64,000 nucleotides of DNA from an uncultured delta proteobacterium. GTDB taxonomy: Bacteria > Myxococcota > Myxococcia > Myxococcales > Myxococcaceae. Position numbers and translations under genes: made by a program. Of the stretch, positions 11,159 through 20,025 are shown piece by piece; positions within the stretch are counted from its first letter, which is position 1; each line of letters opens with the position of its first letter. The notes beneath the pieces were generated by a model. It ran no database searches and had not been told where the DNA came from. It saw nothing but the letters and a program-made list of their open reading frames with translations. The stretch covers positions 32,001 through 96,000 of the forward strand of contig CAVYSY010000046.1 of assembly GCA_963771175.1 (NCBI GenBank). Direction: 5' to 3'.

Positions 11159-12514
11159 ATGGCGGACAAACTCAAGGAACAGCTCCGGCGTACGTGGCGA
11201 CGTGACCTGTGGCTCACGCTCGCACCCGTGGTCCTCATCATCGGCGCCGCGTTCGCCGCCACGTTCTACTTCGTCAAGCCCGCGCCTCCCAAGACGCTCG
11301 TCCTCGCGATGGCTCCGGACGAGGGTGGATTCCGGTACTTCGCACGGCGGTACAAGGAGGTCCTCGCGCGGGACGGCATCTCGTTGGTGCTGCACCCGAC
11401 AAAGGGCTCGGTCACCAACGTCGAGCTCCTCGCCAACGACACCGCGGGGGTCGACGTCGCGTTCGTGCAGAGCGGCTCGGTGGGTGGAAAGAAAGCGGCG
11501 AACATCGTCTCGCTCGGCAGCCTCTCGTACGTGCCCCTGTGGGTCTTCTACCGGGGCGAGCCTATCGACGACGTGCTCGGGCTGCGGGGCAGGCGCATCG
11601 CCGTCGGGCCCACCGAGAGCGGGACGCGCGCGCTCGCCCTCACGCTCCTGGAGGCGACCGGCGCCGCCGCGGCCCCGACGGAGCTCCTGCCCCTCGAGCG
11701 CGACGAGGCCATCGCGCAGCTCAAGCAGGGCCACATCGACGCGGTGGTCCTCGTCTCTCCCGCCGAGTCGCCGGCCATCCAGAAGCTCGCCGCGACACCC
11801 GGAGTGCGGCTCCTCAGCTTCGCGCGCGCCGATGCCTTCGTCCGCCGGTTCCCCTACCTGTCGAAGCTCGTGCTGCCGCGGGGCGTGTTCAATCTCGAGG
11901 CGGACATCCCCGAGCGCGACGTGGTGCTGCTCGCGCCGACCGCGAACCTCGTGGCTCGGGACACGCTGCATCCAGCCCTCGCGTACCTGCTCATGCGCGC
12001 CGCGAGCGAGATCCACGGCGGCGCCGGGATGCTCGACCGCTCGGGCGAGTTCCCGGCACCGCTGGAGACCGACTTCCCCCTCAGCGGCGAGGCCCGTCGC
12101 TATTACCAGGCCGGCGTCCCGCTCCTGCAACGCTACCTGCCGTTCTGGGCCGCGAACCTCGTTGACCGGCTCTGGGTGATGCTCGTGCCGATCATCGCCG
12201 TGGTGGTGCCCCTCGGGCGGATCGTGCCGGCGCTGTACCTGTGGCGGTTGCGGTCCCGCATCTTCCGCTGGTACGCGCGCCTCAAGGAGCTCGAGCTCCA
12301 GCTCGAGGAGGACCTCGACAGGCTGATGCTCGAGGACATGCTCAAGCGGCTGGAGGAGATTGAGCGCGCGGTGAACCGGATCCCCATGCCCGTCTCGTAC
12401 GCGGAGAACCTCTACTTCTTCCGCGAGCACATCGACCTCGTCCGCCGGCGGATCATCCGGCGGCTCGCGGGTGGCCCCGAGAGCACCGACGCCGCGACGC
12501 GGGTGACCGTCTGA
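11159..12514 (+). CDS. TAXI-family TRAP solute-binding protein, membrane anchored with C-terminal TM/helical domain
   Basis: N-terminal TM, TKGSVTNVELL, VDVAFVQSG, LRGRRIAVGPTESGT, LQRYLPFWAA + TM. Confidence 0.8.
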   Translation: MADKLKEQLRRTWRRDLWLTLAPVVLIIGAAFAATFYFVKPAPPKTLVLAMAPDEGGFRYFARRYKEVLARDGISLVLHPTKGSVTNVELLANDTAGVDVAFVQSGSVGGKKAANIVSLGSLSYVPLWVFYRGEPIDDVLGLRGRRIAVGPTESGTRALALTLLEATGAAAAPTELLPLERDEAIAQLKQGHIDAVVLVSPAESPAIQKLAATPGVRLLSFARADAFVRRFPYLSKLVLPRGVFNLEADIPERDVVLLAPTANLVARDTLHPALAYLLMRAASEIHGGAGMLDRSGEFPAPLETDFPLSGEARRYYQAGVPLLQRYLPFWAANLVDRLWVMLVPIIAVVVPLGRIVPALYLWRLRSRIFRWYARLKELELQLEEDLDRLMLEDMLKRLEEIERAVNRIPMPVSYAENLYFFREHIDLVRRRIIRRLAGGPESTDAATRVTV

Positions 12515-12535
12515 AGGGCACCCGCTCGGGCCGTG

Positions 12536-14290
12536 TCAGGGGTCCGAGAGCGCCAGCCGCGTCCCCACCGGCGGCGGGGTGAACCGGCGCAGCCCGTCCG
12601 ATCTCGATTGCAGGAACACGAGCGAGGGAGCCTCGAGCGGCGCATCGAACTCGAAGCCCACGCGGGTCGGCCCCTCGGCATCCGCGGCCAGCACCGTCAC
12701 CCTCATGCCCTCCAGCTCCACCCGCGCGCCCACGCCGAGCTTGTGCTCGGGTCCGCGGAGGCTCTGCTCGATATCGCTGGCGAGGAAGCGGCCCTGGGGG
12801 AGCTCCAGCTCGAGCGACGCCGGCCCGGTGCGGGTGAGGATGGGGGACACCGGCGCCAGCGACAGCGGCCACCACGCGCGCGGGAGCGGCTGGTCTCGCA
12901 GGGCCCACATGACGGGGGTGTACAGGGCCACCCCCATGTCCTTGGCATCGAGGAGCACCACCCGCTGCTGGGGAAGACGCTGGAGATCCAACTCGGCCTG
13001 CGCCTTGAGCGCCATCTCCTCGGTGCTCGTGCCGAGCTGGCGGATCAGCATCGACATCGCCGGCCAGCTCACGGGCGCGAGGACGAGGTGCAGGAGCGCG
13101 AGCACCCCACCCGCCACGACGAGGCCTCGCGGACGCCAGCCCTGCTTGCGCGAGCGCCACGCCTGGAGGAGCACCACGGCCAGGAGCACCGAGGCCCCCA
13201 GGCCAGGCACGAGCAGCAGCCGCCCCATGGGCATGGTGGAGGCCACGGGCAGCAGGGACAGCGCCGCCCCGGCGGAGAGCCAGCGGCAGTGCCGGCGCTC
13301 CTCCTCGGAGAGGCCGTGCCAGGAGGTGCGCACCAGGAGCATGAATAGCGCGAGTCCGGCGAGCCCCATGCCCACCAGCACGGGCCGGCTGCTCGGGCTC
13401 AGCGCCCAGAGGTCCACGGGCACTCCCAGCAAGCCACCGGCGAGCGCGGGCACCCGGCCGAGCGCGGCCGACAGGTATTGGACGGGCTCGCCCACGGGAT
13501 CCACATACATGGTGGAGCCTCGGGCGCCGTACCCGAGCGCCTTGTAGAGCCCGAGGTAGGCAAGCGCGAGCACCGCCGCGGGGACGAGGGCACGGAGCCG
13601 CTCCGCCCTCGTGCCCCGCGCGCCGAGCAGCTCATAGGCCAGCAGGTAGGCGAAGACGCCCAGGGCGGTCTCTCCCGCCGTCAGGCTCACGGCGAGTGCG
13701 AGCAGGGAGAGAGGCAGGGCCCAGGACTTGCGGGCCTCGCGCCACTCGAGGTGCAGCCACAGGCCCCCCAGGGCGAGGGTGGTGGACACCAGGGCATTGC
13801 GGTTGGCGAGCCACCCCACGGGGAGCAGGTGCGCATCGTCCACGGTGAAGAGCAGCAGCGCGAGCGCTCCGAGCGCCCCCGGGAGGAAGCGCCGCAGCAG
13901 GGCGCCGAAGAGGGCCACCAGGCCGAGGTGCCAGACCACCGAGTGCAGGTGGTAGCCCACCGGGTTGCGGCCGAAGAGTCGATGGTCCAGCACCGCGAGC
14001 GCGCTCGACAGGGGGCGCCAGAAGGAGATCTTCAGCTCGGGCAGCGTCCACCAGGGATAGGGCCCCTCCTGCACGATGCGCCGCATGCCCTCGGCGGGGC
14101 CTCCGGCGAAGCGGAAGAGATCGAAGGGCGAGCCCAGGGGCCACCTGCCCTCGAGGATGAGGAGGTGGATGTTGTCATCCAGGGCGAAGCCCATGCCGAG
14201 CGTGGGCAGGGACAGCACGAGGGCGGCCAGCAGGGTGAGCCAGTAGGCGCGCGAGGAGTCGAGCCACCGCTTCGGGGAAGGGTTTTCCAT
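12536..14290 (-). CDS. Multi-pass membrane protein, GT-C glycosyltransferase-like
   Basis: N-terminal TM followed by GFALDD, FWRPLSS, GYHLHSVVWH, VGWLANRN; many hydrophobic segments. Confidence 0.6.
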   Translation of the reverse strand: MENPSPKRWLDSSRAYWLTLLAALVLSLPTLGMGFALDDNIHLLILEGRWPLGSPFDLFRFAGGPAEGMRRIVQEGPYPWWTLPELKISFWRPLSSALAVLDHRLFGRNPVGYHLHSVVWHLGLVALFGALLRRFLPGALGALALLLFTVDDAHLLPVGWLANRNALVSTTLALGGLWLHLEWREARKSWALPLSLLALAVSLTAGETALGVFAYLLAYELLGARGTRAERLRALVPAAVLALAYLGLYKALGYGARGSTMYVDPVGEPVQYLSAALGRVPALAGGLLGVPVDLWALSPSSRPVLVGMGLAGLALFMLLVRTSWHGLSEEERRHCRWLSAGAALSLLPVASTMPMGRLLLVPGLGASVLLAVVLLQAWRSRKQGWRPRGLVVAGGVLALLHLVLAPVSWPAMSMLIRQLGTSTEEMALKAQAELDLQRLPQQRVVLLDAKDMGVALYTPVMWALRDQPLPRAWWPLSLAPVSPILTRTGPASLELELPQGRFLASDIEQSLRGPEHKLGVGARVELEGMRVTVLAADAEGPTRVGFEFDAPLEAPSLVFLQSRSDGLRRFTPPPVGTRLALSDP

Positions 14291-14349
14291 GGGGTTCCTT
14301 CGTCCAGGTGCCCCACCGACAACCGCGCCGGATCCCGGGTTCCAGGCGC

Positions 14350-15321
14350 CTACTCGCGCTGGAGAGGCCGAGCGTAGATGCCCAGGTGGTTGGCCACGGG
14401 GCGCTCCCAGAAAGTCAGTCGGAAGTTGATGGGCGAGTTGGCCCACCGGGCGCGTCCGTTCGCGTCCCGCCGGACGAGCGTAGCGGAGCCGCCGCCGTCG
14501 AGCTGGATGCCGGTGTGCCCGCCATGCCTCAAGAGGATGTCCGCCACCTCCGCGAGCGTCGCGCCCTCGCTGTAGCCGGGCTGCTTGCCATCGACCACCA
14601 GCAGCAGCAGGTAGCGCCCGGTGGCATCGACGGCGGCGGCGACGCGAGGGTAGGGCACGGCGTTGAACCCTTTCGCCGGGTGCACCACGGGCGAGCCATC
14701 CCGCACCACATACCCCAGGCCCGAGATGGCCTGCCAGACCTCGCCGGGAGGCCGCTCGAAGCCGAGGCGCCGGTCTCGCGACAGGTACAGGGTGACCGCG
14801 TCCTCGTTGCTCTCCCCGTAGAGCATCCCACCCGAGGCCGCCGGGCCGACGACGCGGACCGGGTCCCCGACGTGGGGCGCGTAGTCGAGGGGATGGTGGA
14901 CGTGGAACGGGTAGAAGAAGTTGGCGTTGATCGCCACCTGCACGCCATGGCGGACCGCGAACGAGCTGGTCGTATCGGCGAGGAGATCTCCCGCCGCCGA
15001 GGGTTGGCTCGGGGTCACCCGGAAGTCGATGCCGGGCTCCGTCAGATCGACGCGGACGAGGTGCACGACGATCGGCCGTGGCTGTCGGAGCACCTCGCGC
15101 TCGTACCGCACACCGGCGAACCAATCCTCTCGCGTCGGCTCCGGCGGATTCCGGTGGGTGAACCAGGACCAGTATCCCCCCACCGCGAGTCCGAGCACCC
15201 CCAGAGCGCTCAACGAGAGGCCGCTCGTCCACCGGAGCCACCGGCGAACACGCCACCGGCGCACCACCGCCACGCTGACGGCGAGCACCCCGCAGGAGAT
15301 CGCCAGGATCAGTGGGCCCAT
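14350..15321 (-). CDS. Phosphodiester glycosidase (NAGPA) family protein
   Basis: VAINANFF, YPRVAAA, LLVVDGKQPGYSEGATL, QLDGGGSATL, ERPVANHLGI. Confidence 0.85.
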   Translation of the reverse strand: MGPLILAISCGVLAVSVAVVRRWRVRRWLRWTSGLSLSALGVLGLAVGGYWSWFTHRNPPEPTREDWFAGVRYEREVLRQPRPIVVHLVRVDLTEPGIDFRVTPSQPSAAGDLLADTTSSFAVRHGVQVAINANFFYPFHVHHPLDYAPHVGDPVRVVGPAASGGMLYGESNEDAVTLYLSRDRRLGFERPPGEVWQAISGLGYVVRDGSPVVHPAKGFNAVPYPRVAAAVDATGRYLLLLVVDGKQPGYSEGATLAEVADILLRHGGHTGIQLDGGGSATLVRRDANGRARWANSPINFRLTFWERPVANHLGIYARPLQRE

Positions 15322-15369
15322 GAAGAACCGCTCTCTATCGAGGGAACGGTCCTCCCGGAAGAGCCTTCC

Positions 15370-15936
15370 TCAACGCAGGCCGGCCGTGCTGACCAATGAT
15401 GGGGACAGCGACAATACGATGGCCTTACCGATGGCGGGGGCGGCCTCGGGGAACCGCCCGCGAGCCAGCTCCCGACCCGAGGGGCTCAGCGCCTGGATGA
15501 GCACCTGGTGGAAGTCCTCCTCCAGGCCCAGCGCCTGGTGGGACGCACCGTTGGAGTCGGCCACCATGAAGAACGAGTCCTCCAGATCGGCGGGTGGCTG
15601 CTGGCCCTGATCGCGGAACAGCTTCCGGATGATCTCGAGCGAGTCGCGGTGGATCTTGCGGAGCTCCCGGCTCGCGGCACCCCGGAAGAGGCGAGGGACG
15701 TCACGCAGGTCCACGTGCACCACCACGATGGGGCGCTCCCGGCGCAGGTCGTAGGCGAACTGGAAGGCGTGCTCGTGCAGCACCTGGCGCGTGCCGCGGT
15801 TGGCATACAGCACCACCGCCGGCCGCCCCTGCCCGAGGGGGATCTCCCGGCCGAACACGTCCTCGAGGGCGGCGGCGTGGGCCGGCAGGGCTCCCAGCAG
15901 TCCCATCAAGCAGGCGAGTGCCACGATCATTCGCAT
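15370..15936 (-). CDS. Hypothetical exported protein, possibly thioredoxin-like fold
   Basis: Signal peptide MRMIVALACLMGLLGALPAHA followed by LEDVFGR; GGAG SD upstream. Confidence 0.55.
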   Translation of the reverse strand: MRMIVALACLMGLLGALPAHAAALEDVFGREIPLGQGRPAVVLYANRGTRQVLHEHAFQFAYDLRRERPIVVVHVDLRDVPRLFRGAASRELRKIHRDSLEIIRKLFRDQGQQPPADLEDSFFMVADSNGASHQALGLEEDFHQVLIQALSPSGRELARGRFPEAAPAIGKAIVLSLSPSLVSTAGLR

Positions 15937-16252
15937 CGGCAAGGTCTCCTCCAGGTGTGACTCCGGGCGATGGGTTGGGGTCGCTCCGGCCACCAGTCCC
16001 TCGCCGTGGGGACTCGCGGGCCCGTGATTGTACGGCTCGGACTGACATGGCCGGCGCGTCCTGACGGCCTCCGCCAACAGGGGTTTCCGGCCTCTTCTGC
16101 CCCGCCGTTTGCCCTCGGGAGTCCCAGGGGCGCCAGCCCGCTTGCCCCCCAGGCGCCTGCTCCGTCGAGGAGCGACCCGCCACACTGGGATTCGCGTGGA
16201 ATGACGCATCGCGTATAAGGCGTCGCGCATACCGTGGAGATGAGGAGACGGA

Positions 16253-17122
16253 ATGAGTCGCGTCCTGGATGACCTGCTGGGGCTCCTGAAGCTGGAGCCC
16301 ATTGAGGAGAACCTGTTCCGCGGACGGAGTCAGGATCTTGGCTTCCGACAGCTTTTTGGCGGTCAGGTGCTCGGTCAGTCGCTGTCGGCGGCCAGCCAGA
16401 CGGTGGAGCCCGAGCGACACGTCCACTCGCTGCACGGCTACTTCCTACGCCCCGGCGATGTCAGCCTGCCCGTGGTCTACACCGTGGATCGCGTGCGCGA
16501 TGGCGGCAGCTTCACCACCCGCCGCGTGGTGGCCATCCAGAAGGGCCAGCCCATCTTCACCGGGATGGCCTCCTTCCAGGGGGATGAGCCCGGTTTCGAG
16601 CACCAGGCGAAGATGCCCGAGGTGCCCGCGCCGGAGAGCCTCCTCTCGGACATCGAGCTGCTGCGCCGCAAGGCCCACCTCATCCCCGAGCAGGTGCGCG
16701 ACAAGTTCCTCTGCGACAAGCCGATCGAGATCCGTCCGGTGACGCGGGTCGATCCGTTCGATCCCAAGCCGTGCGAGCCCATCAAGTACGTGTGGTTCCG
16801 CGCCGACGGCCCGATGCCGGAGGATCCGCAGACGCACAAGTACGTGCTGGCCTACGCCTCGGACTTCAACCTCATCACCACCGCGCTGCAGCCGCACGGC
16901 ACCAGCTTCATGCAGCGCAACATGCAGATGGCGAGCCTCGATCACGCCCTATGGTTCCACGGGAACATGAAGGTGAACGACTGGCTGCTGTACGTCATGG
17001 ACAGCCCGTGGGCGGGCAACGCGCGAGGGCTGGCGCGCGGCCACATCTTCACCCGTGAGGGCCGATTGGTGGCCTCGGTGGCCCAGGAGGGCCTCATGCG
17101 CCTGCGCCAGGACGGGCGCTGA
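16253..17122 (+). CDS. tesB: Acyl-CoA thioesterase II
   Basis: LEPIEENLFRG, FGGQVLGQ, HSLHGYFLRPG, YASD, MASLDHALWFH, VAQEGLMR. Confidence 0.95.
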   Translation: MSRVLDDLLGLLKLEPIEENLFRGRSQDLGFRQLFGGQVLGQSLSAASQTVEPERHVHSLHGYFLRPGDVSLPVVYTVDRVRDGGSFTTRRVVAIQKGQPIFTGMASFQGDEPGFEHQAKMPEVPAPESLLSDIELLRRKAHLIPEQVRDKFLCDKPIEIRPVTRVDPFDPKPCEPIKYVWFRADGPMPEDPQTHKYVLAYASDFNLITTALQPHGTSFMQRNMQMASLDHALWFHGNMKVNDWLLYVMDSPWAGNARGLARGHIFTREGRLVASVAQEGLMRLRQDGR

Positions 17123-17256
17123 GCGGCGGGTTTCCGTCGCGACTCCTCGATGATGGAGCACCGGGTTCGCCTACGGGTGAGCCCGAAACGGCCTTGTCTT
17201 GCCTTATCGGTCCCGAGGGGGTTGTCCGGGCCGTGGACCTGGTCCGCTGGAATGTC

Positions 17257-17395
17257 TGCCTACATTTCTTGATGTTTGCAGACATGACCGCGCAGGTCGG
17301 TTCTTGCCTACATTTGCCGACGTTTTGTCCGTGTTTCATGTAGGGGTCTTTGCCTACATTTGGTCATGCATGCGGACATGTGTCGCGCAGGTATG
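17257..17395. repeat. Degenerate ~47-bp tandem repeat cluster 1 (core TGCCTACATTT)
   Basis: TGCCTACATTT at 17257, 17305, 17351; GACATG 24 nt downstream at 17281 and 17375. Confidence 0.85.
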
Positions 17396-17466
17396 TCAAT
17401 GTGGGGAGTGGTTCGGAATCAGTGCGTCCCAATCGCAGACCCCGACCCCCTGGTCGAGTGGTGCAC

Positions 17467-17493
17467 AAACCTGTCCGACTGTCGGACAGGTTT
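17467..17493. repeat. Perfect 13-bp-arm palindrome
   Basis: AAACCTGTCCGAC-T-GTCGGACAGGTTT; partial copy at 24290-24311. Confidence 0.9.
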
Positions 17494-17680
17494 TTCGAGA
17501 ACACGCCCGCCTGGGGGGTCCTTCGGATGGCGAGTCGGTCTGCGTGCGTCAGGTTCCTTCGGAGTTTGATGGGATCCTGCGGAGCTCGTTGGTTCGCCCG
17601 GTCGCGTGAGCGGCTCGTCTCTTCGGCCGCGCTTTCACTGCCAGATGACCGCTGAGCAACTCACGGCTTTTACGCATCGG

Positions 17681-17880
17681 ATATCGTGCCTACATCTCAC
17701 GACCTTCGCGGACATGCTTCATGCAGGTATATCGTGCCTACATTTCCCGACTTTCGCAGACATGCTCTGAATGCGTTATATCGTGCCTACATTTCATGCC
17801 TCAGACGGACATGGTCGGAGTCATGTCGTGCCTACATTGGTCTGTATTGGCCTCCAAGGTCCCACTGTCGCGCCTATTTA
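17681..17880. repeat. Degenerate ~48-bp tandem repeat cluster 2 (core TCGTGCCTACAT)
   Basis: TGCCTACAT at 17687, 17735, 17784, 17829 (decayed copy at 17871); GACATG 24 nt downstream at 17711, 17759, 17808. Confidence 0.88.
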
Positions 17881-17899
17881 ATGGCATATCAAAACATAA

Positions 17900-18100
17900 T
17901 CGTTCTTGTCTTGTTTTGTTTCGAGCGCGCGGTGTGTGTTTTTATTGTTTTATTATTGTTAATGATTGCATGTGCTTGTGTTTGATTGCATGTGTTTGGT
18001 GTTTTGTTTGTGTTTGTTTGGTTTGCGAGTTTGTGTTTTATTGATTGGTGTGAGGTTGTTTGTGTTTTGTTTGGCTGTTGTGGTTGTGTTTGTTGGGTAA
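17900..18100. other. Low-complexity T/G-rich (minus strand A/C-rich) tract
   Basis: Hand count for 17941-18100: 91 T, 49 G, 15 A, 5 C, within a high-GC window. Confidence 0.9.
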
Positions 18101-18178
18101 TGACAGACGGATTTCGGGCGCGCGGGAGCTCCCAGTCGCCGTCCCCCAGCGCGCACTCCCAGCCGCTCACTGCCGGCA

Positions 18179-19216
18179 TCAGGGAGACGTCTTGGGGACC
18201 GGCTGCGTGAACTCCTGCAGCAGGAACTCGTCCACGGCCGGGGCCTTCTCGATGATGCCCAGCTCCACGAGCTGCCGCCCCAGCGTCTCCCACCGCTCGC
18301 GACTCATTGTCCCCAGGCCCCTGGCCTTCGTCTCCTCCGTCTCGATGAGAGGCTTCTGGGCCTGCGCCGCCGCCGCGAACGTCTCCGCGTCCATCGTGGT
18401 GTTCAGCTTCGCCATGACCGCGTTGGCCGGCGCCGGATCCTCCAGGTAGGCGCGCCAGCCCTCTCGCACCGCCGCCACGAAGGACTTCACCCGCTCCGGC
18501 TGCTCCTTCCACTGCTCGCGGCGGGTGATGACCACGGCCACGTACGGGTTGAAGCCCTCGTCGGCCACCAGGAACACGACTGGATCCGCGCCCTGGCGCC
18601 GGGCGGCGATCGGCTCGGAAGTGATGAAGCACTGCTGCGCGAAGCTCTTGTCCGCCACGAAGCGCGCCACGCCGCCGTCGTAGGGCACCACCTTCACCTT
18701 CTCGAAGCCGTACTTCTTCTTGAGGTAGGCGGCGTACGGCAGGCCGGGCTCCAGGGCCACGGTGCCGCCGGAGGTGAGCACGTCCTTGATGCCCTTCGCC
18801 CCGCTCGAGGCGTGGGCCATGATTCCCTGTGGCGACGTCTGGTACACGGCGAAGAGCGGCAGCACGTCCACGCCACGCGCTCGGGCGGTGAGGAGCTCAT
18901 CCGCACCGGCGATGCCGAAGTCCGCCTGCCCCGAGGCCACCATCTGCACCACGGGCACGCCGGCCCCGCCGCCGAGGATGTCCACCTCCAGCCCATGGCG
19001 GGTGAACTCGCCCCTCTCCCGTGCGGCGTAGAAGCCACCGAACTCGGGCTCGGGCACCCAGTTCAGGGCCAGCTTCACCTTGGCGCGGGCCGCCTGCGCG
19101 CCACCCCCCGCATCCGTGCCCTCGGCCCGCTTCGCGCCTTCCTTCGAGCGCGAGCACGCCCCCGCCACAACCACCAGCGCCACACATCCCAGCAATCCGA
19201 CGAGACGTCCTCTCAC
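18179..19216 (-). CDS. ABC transporter substrate-binding lipoprotein, NMT1/THI5/SsuA-like
   Basis: GGAGG SD then GTG 19216, lipobox VAGAC, LNWVPEPEFGGFYAA, GLEVDILGGG. Confidence 0.88.
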   Translation of the reverse strand: MRGRLVGLLGCVALVVVAGACSRSKEGAKRAEGTDAGGGAQAARAKVKLALNWVPEPEFGGFYAARERGEFTRHGLEVDILGGGAGVPVVQMVASGQADFGIAGADELLTARARGVDVLPLFAVYQTSPQGIMAHASSGAKGIKDVLTSGGTVALEPGLPYAAYLKKKYGFEKVKVVPYDGGVARFVADKSFAQQCFITSEPIAARRQGADPVVFLVADEGFNPYVAVVITRREQWKEQPERVKSFVAAVREGWRAYLEDPAPANAVMAKLNTTMDAETFAAAAQAQKPLIETEETKARGLGTMSRERWETLGRQLVELGIIEKAPAVDEFLLQEFTQPVPKTSP

Positions 19217-19248
19217 TTGCGGTTTCCTCCCAGAAGCAGAAGTGGGCC

Positions 19249-20025
19249 TCACGACTCCCTGGCCGAGGGGTGCCAGCGCCGCAGCAGGCGGGCTCCGGCC
19301 AGACTCACCGCGCCGAACAGCGCCAGGCCCAGCACCGAGGCCGCCAGCACGGCGGCGAAGAGCAGATCCGTGCGCAGTTGCCGGTAGGCGGACAGCACGA
19401 GGATGCCCAGCCCGGCGGCGTCCTCGGAGAAGCCGGCGACGAACTCGCCCACGATGGCGCCGATGACGGCCAGGCCCGAGGCGATGCGCAGGCCGGTGAA
19501 CAGGTGCGGCAGCGCGGCGGGCAGCTCCAGCTTCCGCAGCGTGGCCACCCGGCCCGCGCCATAGAGGCGGAACAGGTCGCGCAGCGGCGGCTCCACCGAG
19601 CGCAGCCCGGTGAGCGTGTTGGCGATGACGGGGAAGAGGGAGACGATGAACGACGAGATGGCCACCGCGCGCGCTCCCGGGCCGAACCACAGCACCAGCA
19701 GGGGGGCGATGGCGACGATGGGCACCGTCTGCAGGAAGAGGGTGTACGGGTAGAGCGCCCGCTCCAGCAGCCGGGACGAGGACAGGATGATGGCGGCGAG
19801 CACGCCCACTCCGGCGCTCAGCCCGAAGCCCACCAGCGCCGAGCGGCCGGTGGTGAGCGCCGCGCCCAGCAGCGTGGCCCCATCCCGGACCGCCGCGGCG
19901 GCGATGGCGGAGGGCGGCGGAAACAGCCACGCGGGAATGGCGAGGACGCGCGTCAGGGTCTCCCAGAGGGTCAGGAAGATGGCGAGCGCGGTCAGCGGCG
20001 CCAGGGCCGAGCGGACGGCGTTCAC
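19249..20025 (-). CDS. ABC transporter permease, SsuC/TauC-like
   Basis: FPPPSAI, LQTVPIVAIAPLLVLWFG, KLELPAALPHLFTGLR, GAIVGEF; GTGA overlap with the ATPase gene. Confidence 0.9.
   Translation of the reverse strand: MNAVRSALAPLTALAIFLTLWETLTRVLAIPAWLFPPPSAIAAAAVRDGATLLGAALTTGRSALVGFGLSAGVGVLAAIILSSSRLLERALYPYTLFLQTVPIVAIAPLLVLWFGPGARAVAISSFIVSLFPVIANTLTGLRSVEPPLRDLFRLYGAGRVATLRKLELPAALPHLFTGLRIASGLAVIGAIVGEFVAGFSEDAAGLGILVLSAYRQLRTDLLFAAVLAASVLGLALFGAVSLAGARLLRRWHPSARES

Noticed and set aside
17257..17880. CRISPR array
   Set aside because: Conserved cores are only 9-12 bp, the unit is ~48 bp with internally conserved boxes rather than unique spacers, and no cas genes are in the window
17876..17910. 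dif site (AACATAAT resembles a XerD arm)
   Set aside because: Only a partial arm; no XerC arm at the correct 6-bp spacing
17350..18449. Cys/Val/Phe-rich or Asn/Thr/Gln-rich small ORFs in the track
   Set aside because: Products of low-complexity T/G sequence with non-host codon usage
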